64,000 bases of DNA from Octopus sinensis (Eukaryota), in assembly GCF_006345805.1 (NCBI RefSeq), contig NC_043001.1:109554001-109618000 (forward strand). The letters are read 5' to 3'. Shown here one piece after another: positions 12,390-24,129 of the stretch. A program made the position numbers and the translations under genes. The notes under the pieces are model-generated. The model saw only the letters and a program-made list of their open reading frames with translations. It was not told the DNA's origin and searched no databases. Position 1 is the first letter of the stretch, and each line of letters begins with the position of its first letter.

Positions 12390-13625
12390 TAATTCCATCG
12401 TTTGTATCTTAGGTCAACGTCTTCATTTACATTACCACCGCTACAAACGTAACAATTATTATCCGTTATAAATATAACAAGAGCGCTCAGAAAGTGCAAC
12501 CCTCCTCCAAGTAACAAAACAGGCAAAGGAACATCTAAGTGAATTCCAAATACAACAAATCGCAGAATTGGATGCACTGGAAACAAGCACATACACAAAA
12601 AAGCTACGCGTATAAAACCCGTGCTAACACTGCTGCTTTAGATACTCTTGCTGATAAATGGCAAGGAAAACCTCTCAATGACAAATACTCACAGAGGGCT
12701 AATAACGCCGATGTCGACAAAGCCCTTACCCATCAATGGTTAGTGTTTTCTGGTTGAAAATCAGAAACAGAAGGGTTTACAATAGCAGCTCAAGATCAAT
12801 ACCTACCAACAAGGAGCTACTAGGCCAACATTTTAAAGAACAGTAGTAGCCCAACATATCGTGTATATAAACAACAAAATGAAACCATTGATCATGTTGT
12901 CTACATATGCAGTCTTCTTGCGCCTACAGAGTATCTCAGCAGGCATGATAAAGCAGCACAATATATTCACTGGGTCTGAGTAATTTGCAAAAAAATGAAC
13001 TTGCCCAATGATAAAAACTGGTGGGAACACAAACCACCTCCAGTGCTTGAAAATGAACACATCTCACTCCTCTGGAACTTTTCCATTCAAACTGACAGAA
13101 AGATAGAGGCAAATATGCCAGACATTATATTGACAGACTTCAGACAGAACTCATGCCACCTCATTGATATGACTGCTCCAATCAACATAAACGTATCTGC
13201 CATGGCCTACCAAAAACTGAGCAAGTATAAAGATCTTGAAGTAAGAAATTGGCAAAATGTGGAACCAATACCTGTTTTCATAGGTGCCCTAAAAATGATC
13301 GCAAAAGGGGCTGATTCCTACCTAACTCAGATACAAGGAAACTCCAAATGGCAGAAATTCAAAAGGTAGTGCTCATAGGGACTGTCCATATCCTATTCAA
13401 AATGCTTTCTATGTAATCTCCAATTTTAAAACAAGCTTATAATTTTCTTGTAGTTTCTTAAACATTCTCTTGAACAATACTATGTGCAAAACCAAAGATA
13501 TGGCACCCTAGTCATAACATCAACTTGGAATTCTAACTTGTTGTCTCTTGAGGTCTCTGAGTGAGACTTGAAGTCTACTTGTACAAATACAAAGCAAAAG
13601 TCAAACATAAAATAATGATAATAAT
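12390..13625 (+). mobile_element. R4/Dong-clade retrotransposon remnant (thumb, decayed CCHC knuckle, REL)
   Basis: WQGKPL...THQWL..G*KSETEGFTIAAQDQYLPTRSY...ETIDHVV..C..LAPTEYLSRHDKAAQYIHW...WWEHKP...LLWNFSIQTDRKIEANMPDII; several stops and frameshifts. Confidence 0.85.
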
Positions 13626-13629
13626 AGTG

Positions 13630-14250
13630 ATATGCGCTACACTGATCGCGTATCGCAGTTCCAGCAAAACCAGTTATTCTCAAATAACCAGAAGCAGTTT
13701 TTTCAGGGCTTAGGAGGAAATACAGAAGATAATACACCTCCTGAAGCAGAAGAAACCCGCCTCTTTCGGAATAACACTTGGAGGTAAGAATTTTCGCATA
13801 ACCACAGTACTGAATGGATCCTCTAGGACTTTGACTTCTAGACAGACAAAGTTTTAGAGCACCGAATAATGGATATAGTAACCTTTAGGAGAGACAAACA
13901 AGAGTGCCCAATAATTGACATGGCAGTGCCAGGAGATCAATATATCATTATGAAAGAAAGAGAAAAGGTTGATAAATATGGAGACTCGAGAATTGAAATC
14001 GCTAAGATGTGGCAGTTACGAGAGTCAGACATAAAGATTATCCCTAATGTCATGGAAGCATTCGGTTCAATACCGCCTAATCTGAAAAACAAAAAAAACA
14101 TCTGAAAACTTTAGAAGTACCCTACAATCTAGTTGTATTGCAAAAGTTGGCATTACTTGGAACTGTACGCATATTGCGTAAAGTACTGTCTGTCTGGAGT
14201 CCTTGTGGCTTGACAAAGAGTACGAACCCTCGCAACGTCCATAATATTAT
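13630..14250 (+). mobile_element. R4/Dong-clade element with RT domain deleted
   Basis: Pre-RT segment RVSQFQQNQLFSNNQKQFFQGL...HNHSTEWI runs straight into REL segment L*DFDF*TDKVLEHR..DIV...IIDMAVPGD...KYGDSRIEIAKMW...GTVRILRKVLSV. Confidence 0.7.
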
Positions 14251-14276
14251 TATTATTGTTGTTGTTGTTATTATTA

Positions 14277-14311
<35 letters not shown>

Positions 14312-14381
14312 GTGATTATTATTATTATTATTATTATTATTTCATTATCATTATTATTACTGCTCTATACTACTACTACTA

Positions 14382-14437
<56 letters not shown>

Positions 14438-14475
14438 ATAATAATAATAATAATAATAATAAAAATAATGATGAT
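14245..14475. repeat. (TTA)n-(CTA)n-(ATA)n compound trinucleotide tract
   Basis: Directly visible. Confidence 0.95.
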
Positions 14476-14869
14476 GATTTCACATTTTGGCTCAAAGTGA
14501 GCAATTTTGAGGGAAGAAGAAATACAAGAACATCGATTTCATTACTGAAATAGTATCGAATCTAAAGGATAAAAGGTAAAGTCCACCTTGGACGAGAAGG
14601 GCTCTAATTTGTAACTCATTACAAATTGCGACATGACCTCCCTCATTTTCTGATCAACTTGAACATGAAGATGTTAGATACTGTGGACTTAAATAAACCT
14701 CCAAAAATTGTGTTGATATTCCTTTGATAATATTCCGGGGCTATTTTGATAACAGGAAAAAAAAACCCACAAGAAAAAGAAAAACAAAAGAAAATATGGA
14801 CAACAGTTGAGCATTTATCATTCTCAACAATACCACAAGATAACAATGATACTACCGTTTCCCCATGAC

Positions 14870-15690
14870 CGTCCTCACCATCGTCGCTACTTCTGCTACT
14901 GCCACTGCAATATAACCACCACCACCACAACAACAACAAACCACCACCACATACCATCACCACCGCCGTCACCGCCACCGCCACCACCACCACCACCACC
15001 ACAACCACCATCGCCGCCGCCGCCACCGCCACCGCCACCGCCACCACCACCACAACCACCATCACAACCGCCGCCACCGCCACCGCCACCGCCACCACCA
15101 CCACAACCACCATCACCACCACCACCGCCGCCACCGCCACCACAACCACAACCACAACCACCACCACCAACACTACTACCATCATCGTCACCATTCTAGA
15201 TTTTTCCCACTACCATCACCACCACCACCAATGCCAACACCACTATCACCATCGCCCCCACTACCGCCACCGCCGCCACCGCCGCTGCCGGCACCGCAGC
15301 TGCTGCCGCTACCGGCGCCGCTGCTGCCGGAGCCTGAGCCACAACCACCACCATCATTACCATCACTTCTAGAATTTTCCCCACCCCCACCACCCACCAC
15401 GAACGTCACCACCACCACCACCACCACCACCACAACCACCAACGCTACAACCACCACGACCACTGGCGTCACCGCACCCACCGCCGCCGCTGCCGCCGGA
15501 GCCTGACCCACAACGACCACCACCATCATCATCACCATCACTTCTAGGTCTCTTTCCCCACCACCACCACTACCACCACCGCTAGCACCACCTCCACCAC
15601 TGGCGCCGCCACCACCACCAACCACCACCACCACCACCAACCAACCAACCAACAACAAGATCGCCATCACTACTGTTTCCAGCCTCATGC
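14870..15690. repeat. (CCA/CCG/CAT)n tract containing a ~170-175-bp higher-order repeat
   Basis: TCTAG(A/G)..TTT(T)CCC anchors at 15195, 15368 and 15543; GCCGGAGCCTGA.CCACAAC at 15326 and 15495. Confidence 0.85.
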
Positions 15691-16199
15691 ACTCAGCTTT
15701 TCCTTCATGTCACATCACTGACAACGTTTCATGTTGCTGGTCCTGAAACGAAATGAATGCTCTTTAGTTAATTGACGATAATGAAAGTGTGATAGCGGTG
15801 GCGATGGCGGCGGCGGTGTAATTAGTGACAGTGCTAATGGCGATGATGGATGTGTTAGAGTTTCACATTCTCGCTGTGATGGTGGTGGTGGTGGTGGTGG
15901 TAGATAAATCTAGAAGCGAAGCATACATGGATGAAGGCGGTAGTTTTAAGTTGTATTAGTTATATAACAACCGATGTTGTACATGTGACGGACACCAGCG
16001 CCATCATTGTTCGCGATGATGGTGGTGTGGTGTTGAAGCTGGTGGTGTTGTTGGTAGCAATGGTGGTTTGATGACACTAATGGATGTCATTATAATTAAC
16101 ACTGATGAAAAGATGAGGATGTTAGTAGAAAAAAAGAGGAAATATGCCGCAGAGGCTGAGGTAATATCAGCAGGAATATTAGGAGGGGCGCTGTATGTG

Positions 16200-16460
16200 T
16201 TGTTCGTTTACTCTTTTACCTGTTTCGGTCATTTGACTGAGGCCATGCTGGAGCACCGCCTTTAGTCGAGCAAATCGAACCCAGGACTTATGCTCTGTAA
16301 GCCTAGTACTTATTCTGTCGGTCTCTTTTGCCGAACCGCTAGGTTACGGGGACGTAAACACCAGCATCGGTTGTCAAGCGATGCTGGGGGCCAAACACAG
16401 ACATACAAACCACACACACACACACACAATACACACACACACACACACACATACACATAT
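16200..16460 (+). mobile_element. Abundant SINE-like repeat (GCCATGCTGGAGCACCGCC...TTACGGGGACGTAAAC type)
   Basis: A second copy lies in the opposite orientation at 47960-48180 in this window. Confidence 0.75.
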
Positions 16461-16469
16461 ATATATGTT

Positions 16470-16650
16470 CATATATACGACGGACTTCTTTCAGTTTCCG
16501 TCTCCCAAATCCACTCACAAGGCTTTGGTCGACCCGAGGCTATAGCAGAAGACACTTGCCCGAGGTGCATGCGGTGAGATTGAACCCAGAACCATATGGT
16601 TCGCAAGCAAGCTACTTACCACACGGCTACTCCTATGCCTGCGTTGATAA
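16470..16650 (-). mobile_element. tRNA-derived CORE-type SINE
   Basis: tRNA-like head and CC(T/C)GGGCAAGTGTCTTCT core; homologous copies at 16840-17005, 34515-34690, 47850-47930 and 58030-58150. Confidence 0.75.
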
Positions 16651-16839
16651 GATTTGTCCGATCATTGGATCAAGGTTTAATGTTTAAAATAGAAATGGCG
16701 ATGTCCACAATTTAAACTTTCACTGGACATCTAATATCGCCAGATGGTAAACGGAAAGTCAAATCGATATGGTTGAAATTCTAATAGCCACGGTTACAAG
16801 AGGCTTTAATACAGGAATTATGTCAAAATATGAGGAAAT

Positions 16840-17005
16840 ATAGGAGTGGCTGTGTGATAAGAAGTTTGCTTCCCCACCAATTGTTCCGGGCTCAGTCCAA
16901 CTACGTGGTACGATGGACAAGTGACCTCTGATATAGCCTCGGGTCGACCAAAGTCTTATCAGCGGAATTGGTAGACGGAAACTGAAAGAAGCCCGTCGTA
17001 TATAT
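16840..17005 (+). mobile_element. tRNA-derived CORE-type SINE
   Basis: GGAGTGGCTGTGTGATAAG...TATAGCCTCGGGTCGACCAAAG...GGTAGACGGAAACTGAAAGAAGCCCGTCG; inverted relative to the copy at 16470-16650. Confidence 0.75.
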
Positions 17006-17007
17006 TA

Positions 17008-17280
17008 TCATCATCATCGTTCAACGTCCGATTTGACTGAGGAGTGGCCTACGAGATGTCTGCACCAGGCTCCAATCTTGATCTGGCAGAGTTTCTACAA
17101 CTGGATGCCCTTCCTAAAGCCAAACACTCCGAGAGTGTAGTGGGTGATTTTACGTGGCACCGGCACGAGGGCCAGTCAGGCGGTACTGGCAACGGTCACG
17201 CTCAAATGGTGCTTTATAGGTGCCACCTGCACAGGAGCCAGTCCAGCGGCACTAGCAACGACCTCACTCGAATGTCTTTT
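17008..17280 (-). mobile_element. Retroposon 3' end with GGATGCCCTTCCT motif and (GAT)n tail
   Basis: ATCATCATC terminus and CTGGATGCCCTTCCTAA motif, which I recognise from RTE-partnered SINE tails. Confidence 0.55.
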
Positions 17281-17495
17281 CATACACACACACACACACA
17301 TATATATATATGAATTTCTCCTTGAAGAAATTTGAATAGGCGTTTTCTTACATGTTTATCCTACATTTACATTCTGTAATTCTTATTAGCAAATGAAACA
17401 TGTGTAATTATATCAATAATACCAAAGCATTTTTCAAACTTCCTATTCTGACACACACACACACACACACACTCATATATATATATATATATTAT

Positions 17496-17526
<31 letters not shown>

Positions 17527-17597
17527 GTATGAATGTGTGCATATATATGTTTGTTTCTGTATGTGTGTGTGTCTGTGCGTGCGTGTGTTTGCGTTTG

Positions 17598-17628
<31 letters not shown>

Positions 17629-18109
17629 CTGTGGTTGTATATTCATTGGGGCATTTTATGCTAATGACATTTGTATATAATCTGAAATAATGAAATTAAC
17701 AACGGTATAAAATTGTTCTTATATTATACATCATCCCTCAAATTAAATTGTCCAAGCTACTTTTCCTTGTTTTGTAAAATAACTCACCCAAGGCACAGAG
17801 AGAGAAACGAATGAGCGGGTTATAAACTTTTGCATATCCAGGCGCGCATCTGAAAAATCAAGGGGATAACTGAATTAAATTCCAAAGCAATCAAGATAGT
17901 TATTAGAAGAAAAACTCGTTAATTAGCTTAAAATTTTGCTTTCCCGCCGCTCACTCTGTTACTTACTGTAGGTGAATGTGTCTGGAAGTTTAAACTTACG
18001 TCTATTTTAGCTATCATTATTGCTATTATTCGTTCTTAGTTATACAGAAATATCAGACCCTGTGCAAGAAAAGATATGGCGGATCGTGATCTTGTGAAAC
18101 ATTTAAATT

Positions 18110-18290
18110 TGTTGGAGCGTTCGTCTAGAAAGATTGATTGGGGAAGGGCGCCAGTCGATTAGATCGACCCCAGTACGCAACTGATGCTTAATTTATCGAC
18201 CCCGAAAGGATGAAAGACAAGTCGACCTCAGCGGAATTTGAACTCGGAACGTAAAGACAGACGAAATACCGATAAGTATTTCGCCCAGCG
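18110..18290 (-). mobile_element. tRNA-derived SINE (GCCTTTCATCCTTTCGGGGTCGATAAATTAAGTACCAG family)
   Basis: Homologous to more than ten other copies in the window; abuts the 3' break of the CR1 remnant. Confidence 0.85.
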
Positions 18291-19130
18291 TAGCTCTTTC
18301 AGTCTCTCCCAGTAGCTCAGCTGTTCCTTTGATGCAATCATTCTGGTGTAGCATCGCTGAACAGCCTCACATTCTACTATTAATTTGACACTGTAGGATA
18401 ACCACAGTTCAGAGCAGTAGTTCAGACGGCTGAGCACAAATGTCCTCCGTAGAATCAGCATAGTTTCCTGGTCACTTGTTCTGAAGTTTCTCAGAATCCA
18501 TCCGACCATTCACCTGCATATTGCCCCCATAATGATGATATGTACGTGAAACGAGGCATCATTGCTCATATCAATCCCAGGTCACACACTATATGTAACT
18601 CTAGGATTGCTGCTCTTCAGAGTTGGTTGTGGCTTATGAACACCAATGAGCTGGTAGCGGAGGGCTTAAAATTTACCTGGATTAATTTGCAAGTTGTTTT
18701 CTTCAGCCCATTTATAAATATATATATTATATATATATATATATCTATATATATATATATAATATATAACATCTCTGTCTTTCTGGAGAAGATTAGCATC
18801 AGAAGGATCCTTGACTACTTGTAAAGCTTTTGTGTCGTCGATATAGCTAGCAAGTACGGCTGACTGTGTAACTGATGGTATGTGTGCAAAGAAACATCAT
18901 GAACAATAGCAGTCTCAATACACCTCCCAGAGACACGCCATTCTCTATTACTACCTCCTTGGAGAGGACTCCTTTGACTGTCACAGCCTGGTTTCTGCCT
19001 TTTAATATGTTATGCAACTACAGTCACAGTTTTCCGACTATACCAAGTCCCCGTAGCCTGTGACATATCATCTCATGTTCAACCTTATCAAAGGTCTTTG
19101 CAAAATCGAGATATATGTTTAATATAATCA
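18290..19130 (-). pseudogene. CR1-clade LINE reverse transcriptase remnant
   Basis: YLDFAKTFDKVEH...LGIVGKL...GRNQAVTVKG...GVSLGGVLRLLLF, then GWILRNFRTSDQETMLIL...VLSRLNYCSELW...EAVQRCYTRMI...LSYWERLKEL. Stops, frameshifts and a TA tract interrupt it. Confidence 0.85.
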
Positions 19131-19227
19131 TAATCAACCGATCCTCCTGTATTTCCTTTTACCCCAATTCAGGAACTTTTCAGCATCCCCTCATGTAAGA
19201 GCACAAACCAGCAGACACAGATAGTAA

Positions 19228-19266
<39 letters not shown>

Positions 19267-20289
19267 GGTGAGAATGTTACGTGTATTTCTGATATATATA
19301 TATATATATATATATGCATATGTATAGAAATGCATAAAGAGAAAGAGAGGCAAAAATAAAGTGTGTTTACTCTTAGCTTAAAAGACGGATAGATTGTTGG
19401 TTTGTTATATAATCTGGCCGTCTGCTTTACAGATAATGCCACTTTTTCTATTACATATGTGATGTTTTTAACGAATGAAGACACAAAGCCTATTCTTCAG
19501 ATTTGCAGAATTCACTTAATTCTATACGATGTTTTTTTCCCCCCGTTTTTGGTAGAAATATCCAATAATGGATATTTTCTTCTCCATTTCCACAAATGTA
19601 GAAAATTCAAGAAATTGATATAAATGACCTTTCTCCGGCTCCTCTGACGTGGATAATTTCATAAATCGATTTTGGCGATAGCAATAATCAAAGAATAACC
19701 ACATGGGGATTTCACTGAAATTGACTTATGGATCAGGTAGCTTTGGTAAGAGATTTCAAAACCAACGGCTCGTATAAGATAGGCTACTTTATAATGCTGA
19801 ATAAACAACTGGGTCCATTAAGTCTCTGCATTTTCCCTATGCTTTCTCGGCTCTGTATCACATACGGAGAGTAGTGTTTGGTTTACCGTTTTAGTGTTTT
19901 TTGTTCATGTGATTACGCTAGGCAAACATGATCTTCGCTCAAGGGCAATGAAAGAAAAAACCCCAAAATTCTTAATTCTTCGTATGTGCTCACGAAATTC
20001 TAACTGGAATTTTATCAATAGTATGATTAAGAACAATATCAAACTGTAACAAAAATAAATTGTGACAGAGGTTTTTGGCGATAAATTTTGTAGGAGAGAA
20101 AGTAATTGGTTAAACAAATTCTAGTCATTGATTCGCTACAATCTGTTGATTCAAATCTAAAAGAAAACTAAATTTTGCTTGGCATTTTCCTTTGCACAAA
20201 TCAGTATATGTAGAAAAATATAAACGTAAAATATAAATGTGAAATACTTTAGATGGGATGTTATTAAGTTTGTTATAACCTTGGCAAAT

Positions 20290-20675
20290 AGTTCTTCTCT
20301 AGGCACAAGGCCCGAAATTTTGGGGAAGGAGGGAGGCAGTCGATTCGATCGACTCCAGTACGCAACTGGTACTTAATTTATCGACTACGAAAGGATGAAA
20401 GACAAAGTTGACCACGGCGGAATTTGAAGTCAGGACGTAAAGACAGACGAAATACCTATTTCTTTACTATCCACAAGGGGCTAAACACAGAGAGGACAAA
20501 CGGATTAAGTCGATAATATCGACCCCAGTGCGTAACTGGTACTTATTTAATCGACCCCGAAAGGATGTAAGACAAAGTCGACCTGGGCGGAATTTTAACT
20601 TAGGACGTAAAGACAGACGAAATACCGATAAGCATTTCACCTGGAGTGCTAACGTTTCTGCCAACTCGCCCCCTT
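20290..20675 (-). mobile_element. Dimeric tRNA-derived SINE
   Basis: Two tandem GTCGAC...GGATGAAAG...GGAATTTGAA units joined at GAAATACCTATTTCTTTACTA. Confidence 0.85.
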
Positions 20676-21079
20676 AACCAGGGCAAATAGTGTCCGATTC
20701 ACATAGGCTTTGTAAGTTAAAACAACATACATTAATTATATTACACATTGCCATTCGCGCTGAATAATATTATGTAGTTATGTATGATATGTTCAAGAGA
20801 AGATAAATCGTTATTGTCGACACGATGACCAATAATTCCCTATGGCAAAAATGATCTTTAGACGTGCTGCAAATATTAACCAAAGAGTAAACAATTTCAG
20901 CAATACTGCCTTACAGAAAATGACACACTGGTCTTCACAGGCCATGATATAGAAAAAAAAAAGGTGGTTACCTTTGAGCATATATTTGATACATAATAAT
21001 TAATAAATATCAGCGACAAATGCAATAATAATAGTTTCAAATCTTGTCGCGAGGAGAGAAAATTGAGGGAGATGGTAAA

Positions 21080-21170
21080 TTAAGTACCATATACGTACTG
21101 GGGTCGATCTTATCGACTGGCCCCCTCCCACAAAATTTCAGGCTTTGTTCCTAGAGTAGAGAAGAATATT
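21080..21170 (+). mobile_element. SINE 3' fragment
   Basis: AAATTAAGTACC...TACTGGGGTCGATCT.ATCGACTGGCCCCCTCCC...CCTAGAGTAGA. Confidence 0.75.
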
Positions 21171-21849
21171 TACAGCACCAGTGTGTCTGCTTCATATATA
21201 ACTTTAATAAATAAATATATTCCTGAATGGTGTTAATTTGCATTTATTTTATATTTTTTTCTCATATCAAATCATATATTTGTAATAGAAGATCATCACT
21301 CCTCACATCTGTATGCCAATACTTTCAACGAAACCGAGGTGTTGATACAAATTAATTATAATTAGTGATTGGAGATTGATGCAGCAATTACATCGATAAA
21401 TTAAAACAATTTTCGACAAATTAGAACAAACTAAATTTAAAATGAATGTGTCATTTGCCAGAAATTAGCGAACATATTTTCCTTTTTATCATATTTTCAC
21501 AGAATATATTATCTCGCAGTAATAACACAACTTAGTATGAAATCATTTGTTAATTATTATATACAGACGTATCAAATGGTTCATTTATCTTTAAAAAGCT
21601 GTAATTCATTGCTGACCAAATTAGATCATATCCATTATAAACAAAATAACCAAAGATGTTATTTTCATTAGTTTTTCTTTATGGATAAAATGACGCTCAA
21701 AATTTTGACATTGTATTTACACGAAGCCGTAAATAGATAATGAAACTGTTATGTTGCTTTCTATATTCTTTACCATATATTTTCGTATATTCAAAAGCTT
21801 ACCGTGGAAAACTATTAATTGTAATCAACGAGACCAATATCCAATACGG

Positions 21850-22030
21850 TCAATAAAAAATGTAAGAACATTTTCATTTCGCTGCCAAACAACCTCAGAC
21901 ATTTGCGAGGTGTAGGTATGAATGGTTTTAAAGAACATTTGGGGAATAATTTATCTGAAGTGCCAGATGAACCTACATCACGACAGGAAAAACAAAGAAG
22001 GGTTGCCCAGTGCAACTAACCACGACGCCA
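21850..22030 (+). mobile_element. CR1-clade LINE 3' remnant
   Basis: Translates SLPNNLRHLRGVGMNGFKEHLGNNLSEVPDEPTSRQEKQRRVAQ, the CR1 ORF2 C-terminal pattern. Confidence 0.7.
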
Positions 22031-22430
22031 GAAACAATTCCCAAGAGAAAGTAAGTGTGTAAACAAAAACGAATGACACAGAAGGTGGTGTCACAGAAAA
22101 GCCGCAGCCTCTGGCTTCAACCAGTAAGTGTAAAACTAATAAATTAGTACAAGCATAATCTATTGAAATAGTTATTTGGCTTGACAGGAGAATTCTGCTA
22201 AAAATTTTGGGGAAAAACTATGGAACGTTAGATTAGAATTAAGATGAAATTATATTATTAGTTGTAATATTCATAACTATTTAAACCCAAGCAATGGTTT
22301 CTTTCCAAAGGAAATCTTCTCCAAATACCATAGGCAGCATATGTTATTGAATCAGGAATAAGTTTTTTTAAAGTACACAGAGTAGCAATCAGACAAGCCC
22401 ATGTACAGATGTACACATATACATACATTC

Positions 22431-22461
<31 letters not shown>

Positions 22462-22560
22462 CCCTCACACATTTATATATGTATATATACATACATTCAT
22501 ATAATATATACTATATATATATATATATATATAGTATATAATATATATATTATATTATAT

Positions 22561-23093
22561 ATATATATGAAAAAAAACAAGTCAAAAATAGAAAATGCTA
22601 AAATAATTTTATAGTGAACATTTCAGTACCGGTTTCGGTCATTTTGAGACCTTTTCAACTGTAACGATTAAATAATTAAATTTAGAAAAATTAGAAGAAA
22701 AGTTTTTTTTAAATATAAATATAAATATTCTCCTGAATTGAACTGAGACTGCCAGCCGCCACTGACCATTCAAAATACGACCATCAGGGCACTCCCAGAT
22801 TCTCCCATCCCCCTTTCCCCACCAGCCTTCTTCCTCTACTACCCTTCCAAGAACTCACAACGACCTCCGACACACAAGTGCAAACAAGGGAGTCAGAGAA
22901 AGGCAGAATGCCACTTAAATCTGAACACTACTATAGAAATATTCTTTTAAAAAAACTTTTCTTCTAATTTTTCTAAATTTAATTATTTAATCGTTACAGT
23001 TGAAAAGGTCTCAAAATGACCGAAACCGGTACTGAAATGTTCACTATAAATTATTTTAGCATTTTCTATTTTGACTTGTTTTTTCATATATAT
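22561..23093. mobile_element. Fold-back element: ~150-bp near-identical inverted arms around a ~230-bp spacer, in a TA tract
   Basis: 22561-22712 is the reverse complement of 22946-23093 apart from homopolymer indels. Confidence 0.9.
22994..23037 (+). ncRNA. Minimal type I hammerhead ribozyme motif, U3-A8 variant (mirror copy on the minus strand at ~22620-22665)
   Basis: CAG-TTGAAAA-GGTC-TCAAAAT-GACC-GAA-ACCGGT-A-CTG: stem I CAG/CTG, stem II GGTC/GACC, palindromic stem III ACCGGT and a GUA site. Confidence 0.65.
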
Positions 23094-23129
23094 CAACTCG
23101 TGTGTTCCTTTCAACCCTTATACATATAT

Positions 23130-23173
<44 letters not shown>

Positions 23174-24069
23174 AATATATATATATATATAATATATATA
23201 TATATATATAGATATAATTATACGATATATATATATATATATATACTTACACGCACACATTATATATGTATTCTGCTCGTCATTCTGAAGATTCTGGTCG
23301 CTCCCCGCCTTAAAGCGAGAACAAACTAAAACCAAATAATGGCAGAGCTCCAGCATGGCTGCTGTGCTACGATTTAACCCTCCCACCCCTCCCCCAAAAA
23401 GTAATAAAAGAAAGCGAATAAGTTCACTTTCATTCTTTCTGAAATAAGTGGAACAGATCTATAAGGAACAACATTTCTGACCACATTGAAAATAAACCAA
23501 TGAAATACGAGCATATCAGACATCCGCATGCAGGTGAAATCAGTGATCAGTGTTTCTCGTAGAGCAATCAGTATTGAAAGAGGATAGAAAAACCAAAAAG
23601 TGTTAAACAAAAGATGATACGCTATAGATGTTATCATTGAGATACAAAATGGAAACCAAATAATTGATCTTACATATCTGGGGGATAGAAATATGAAAAA
23701 AAAGATGATTAAAACGTTTATATGCCTTTGGATTTGATGTCGATTTTTGTGAATCAGTTGGTATACCCACTTGATATTTACTTGATACATGTAGCATGTA
23801 AAAATCTCATTAACTTCACAAATTAAACACTTTATCGGTTTTCGCGGTGAAGAATCACAGGTTTTATTACATTTTGGTTTTTTATTTTATATGAAATGAA
23901 GTTATAGAAATTGATTTTGACTACAGGATATAGATATAGAAAGAGAAGAACAAATATATATATATATATATATATTATATAATATATATATCTATATATA
24001 TATATAATATATATATTATATATGTATATATTTATTATATATATATGTATATATATATATATGCATATA

Positions 24070-24129
<60 letters not shown>

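Noticed and set aside
11665-14105. ORFs 11665..12006, 12995..13369 and 13869..14105 as protein-coding genes
   Set aside because: They are fragments of decayed R4/Dong ORFs bounded by stops and frameshifts.
14620-14800. IAPEYY as a kinase APE motif
   Set aside because: No other kinase subdomain motifs nearby, and the frame closes within 30 codons.
14643-15506. Poly-Pro, poly-Val and poly-Thr ORFs
   Set aside because: They arise from (CCA)n, which is open in most frames; there are no splice or homology cues.
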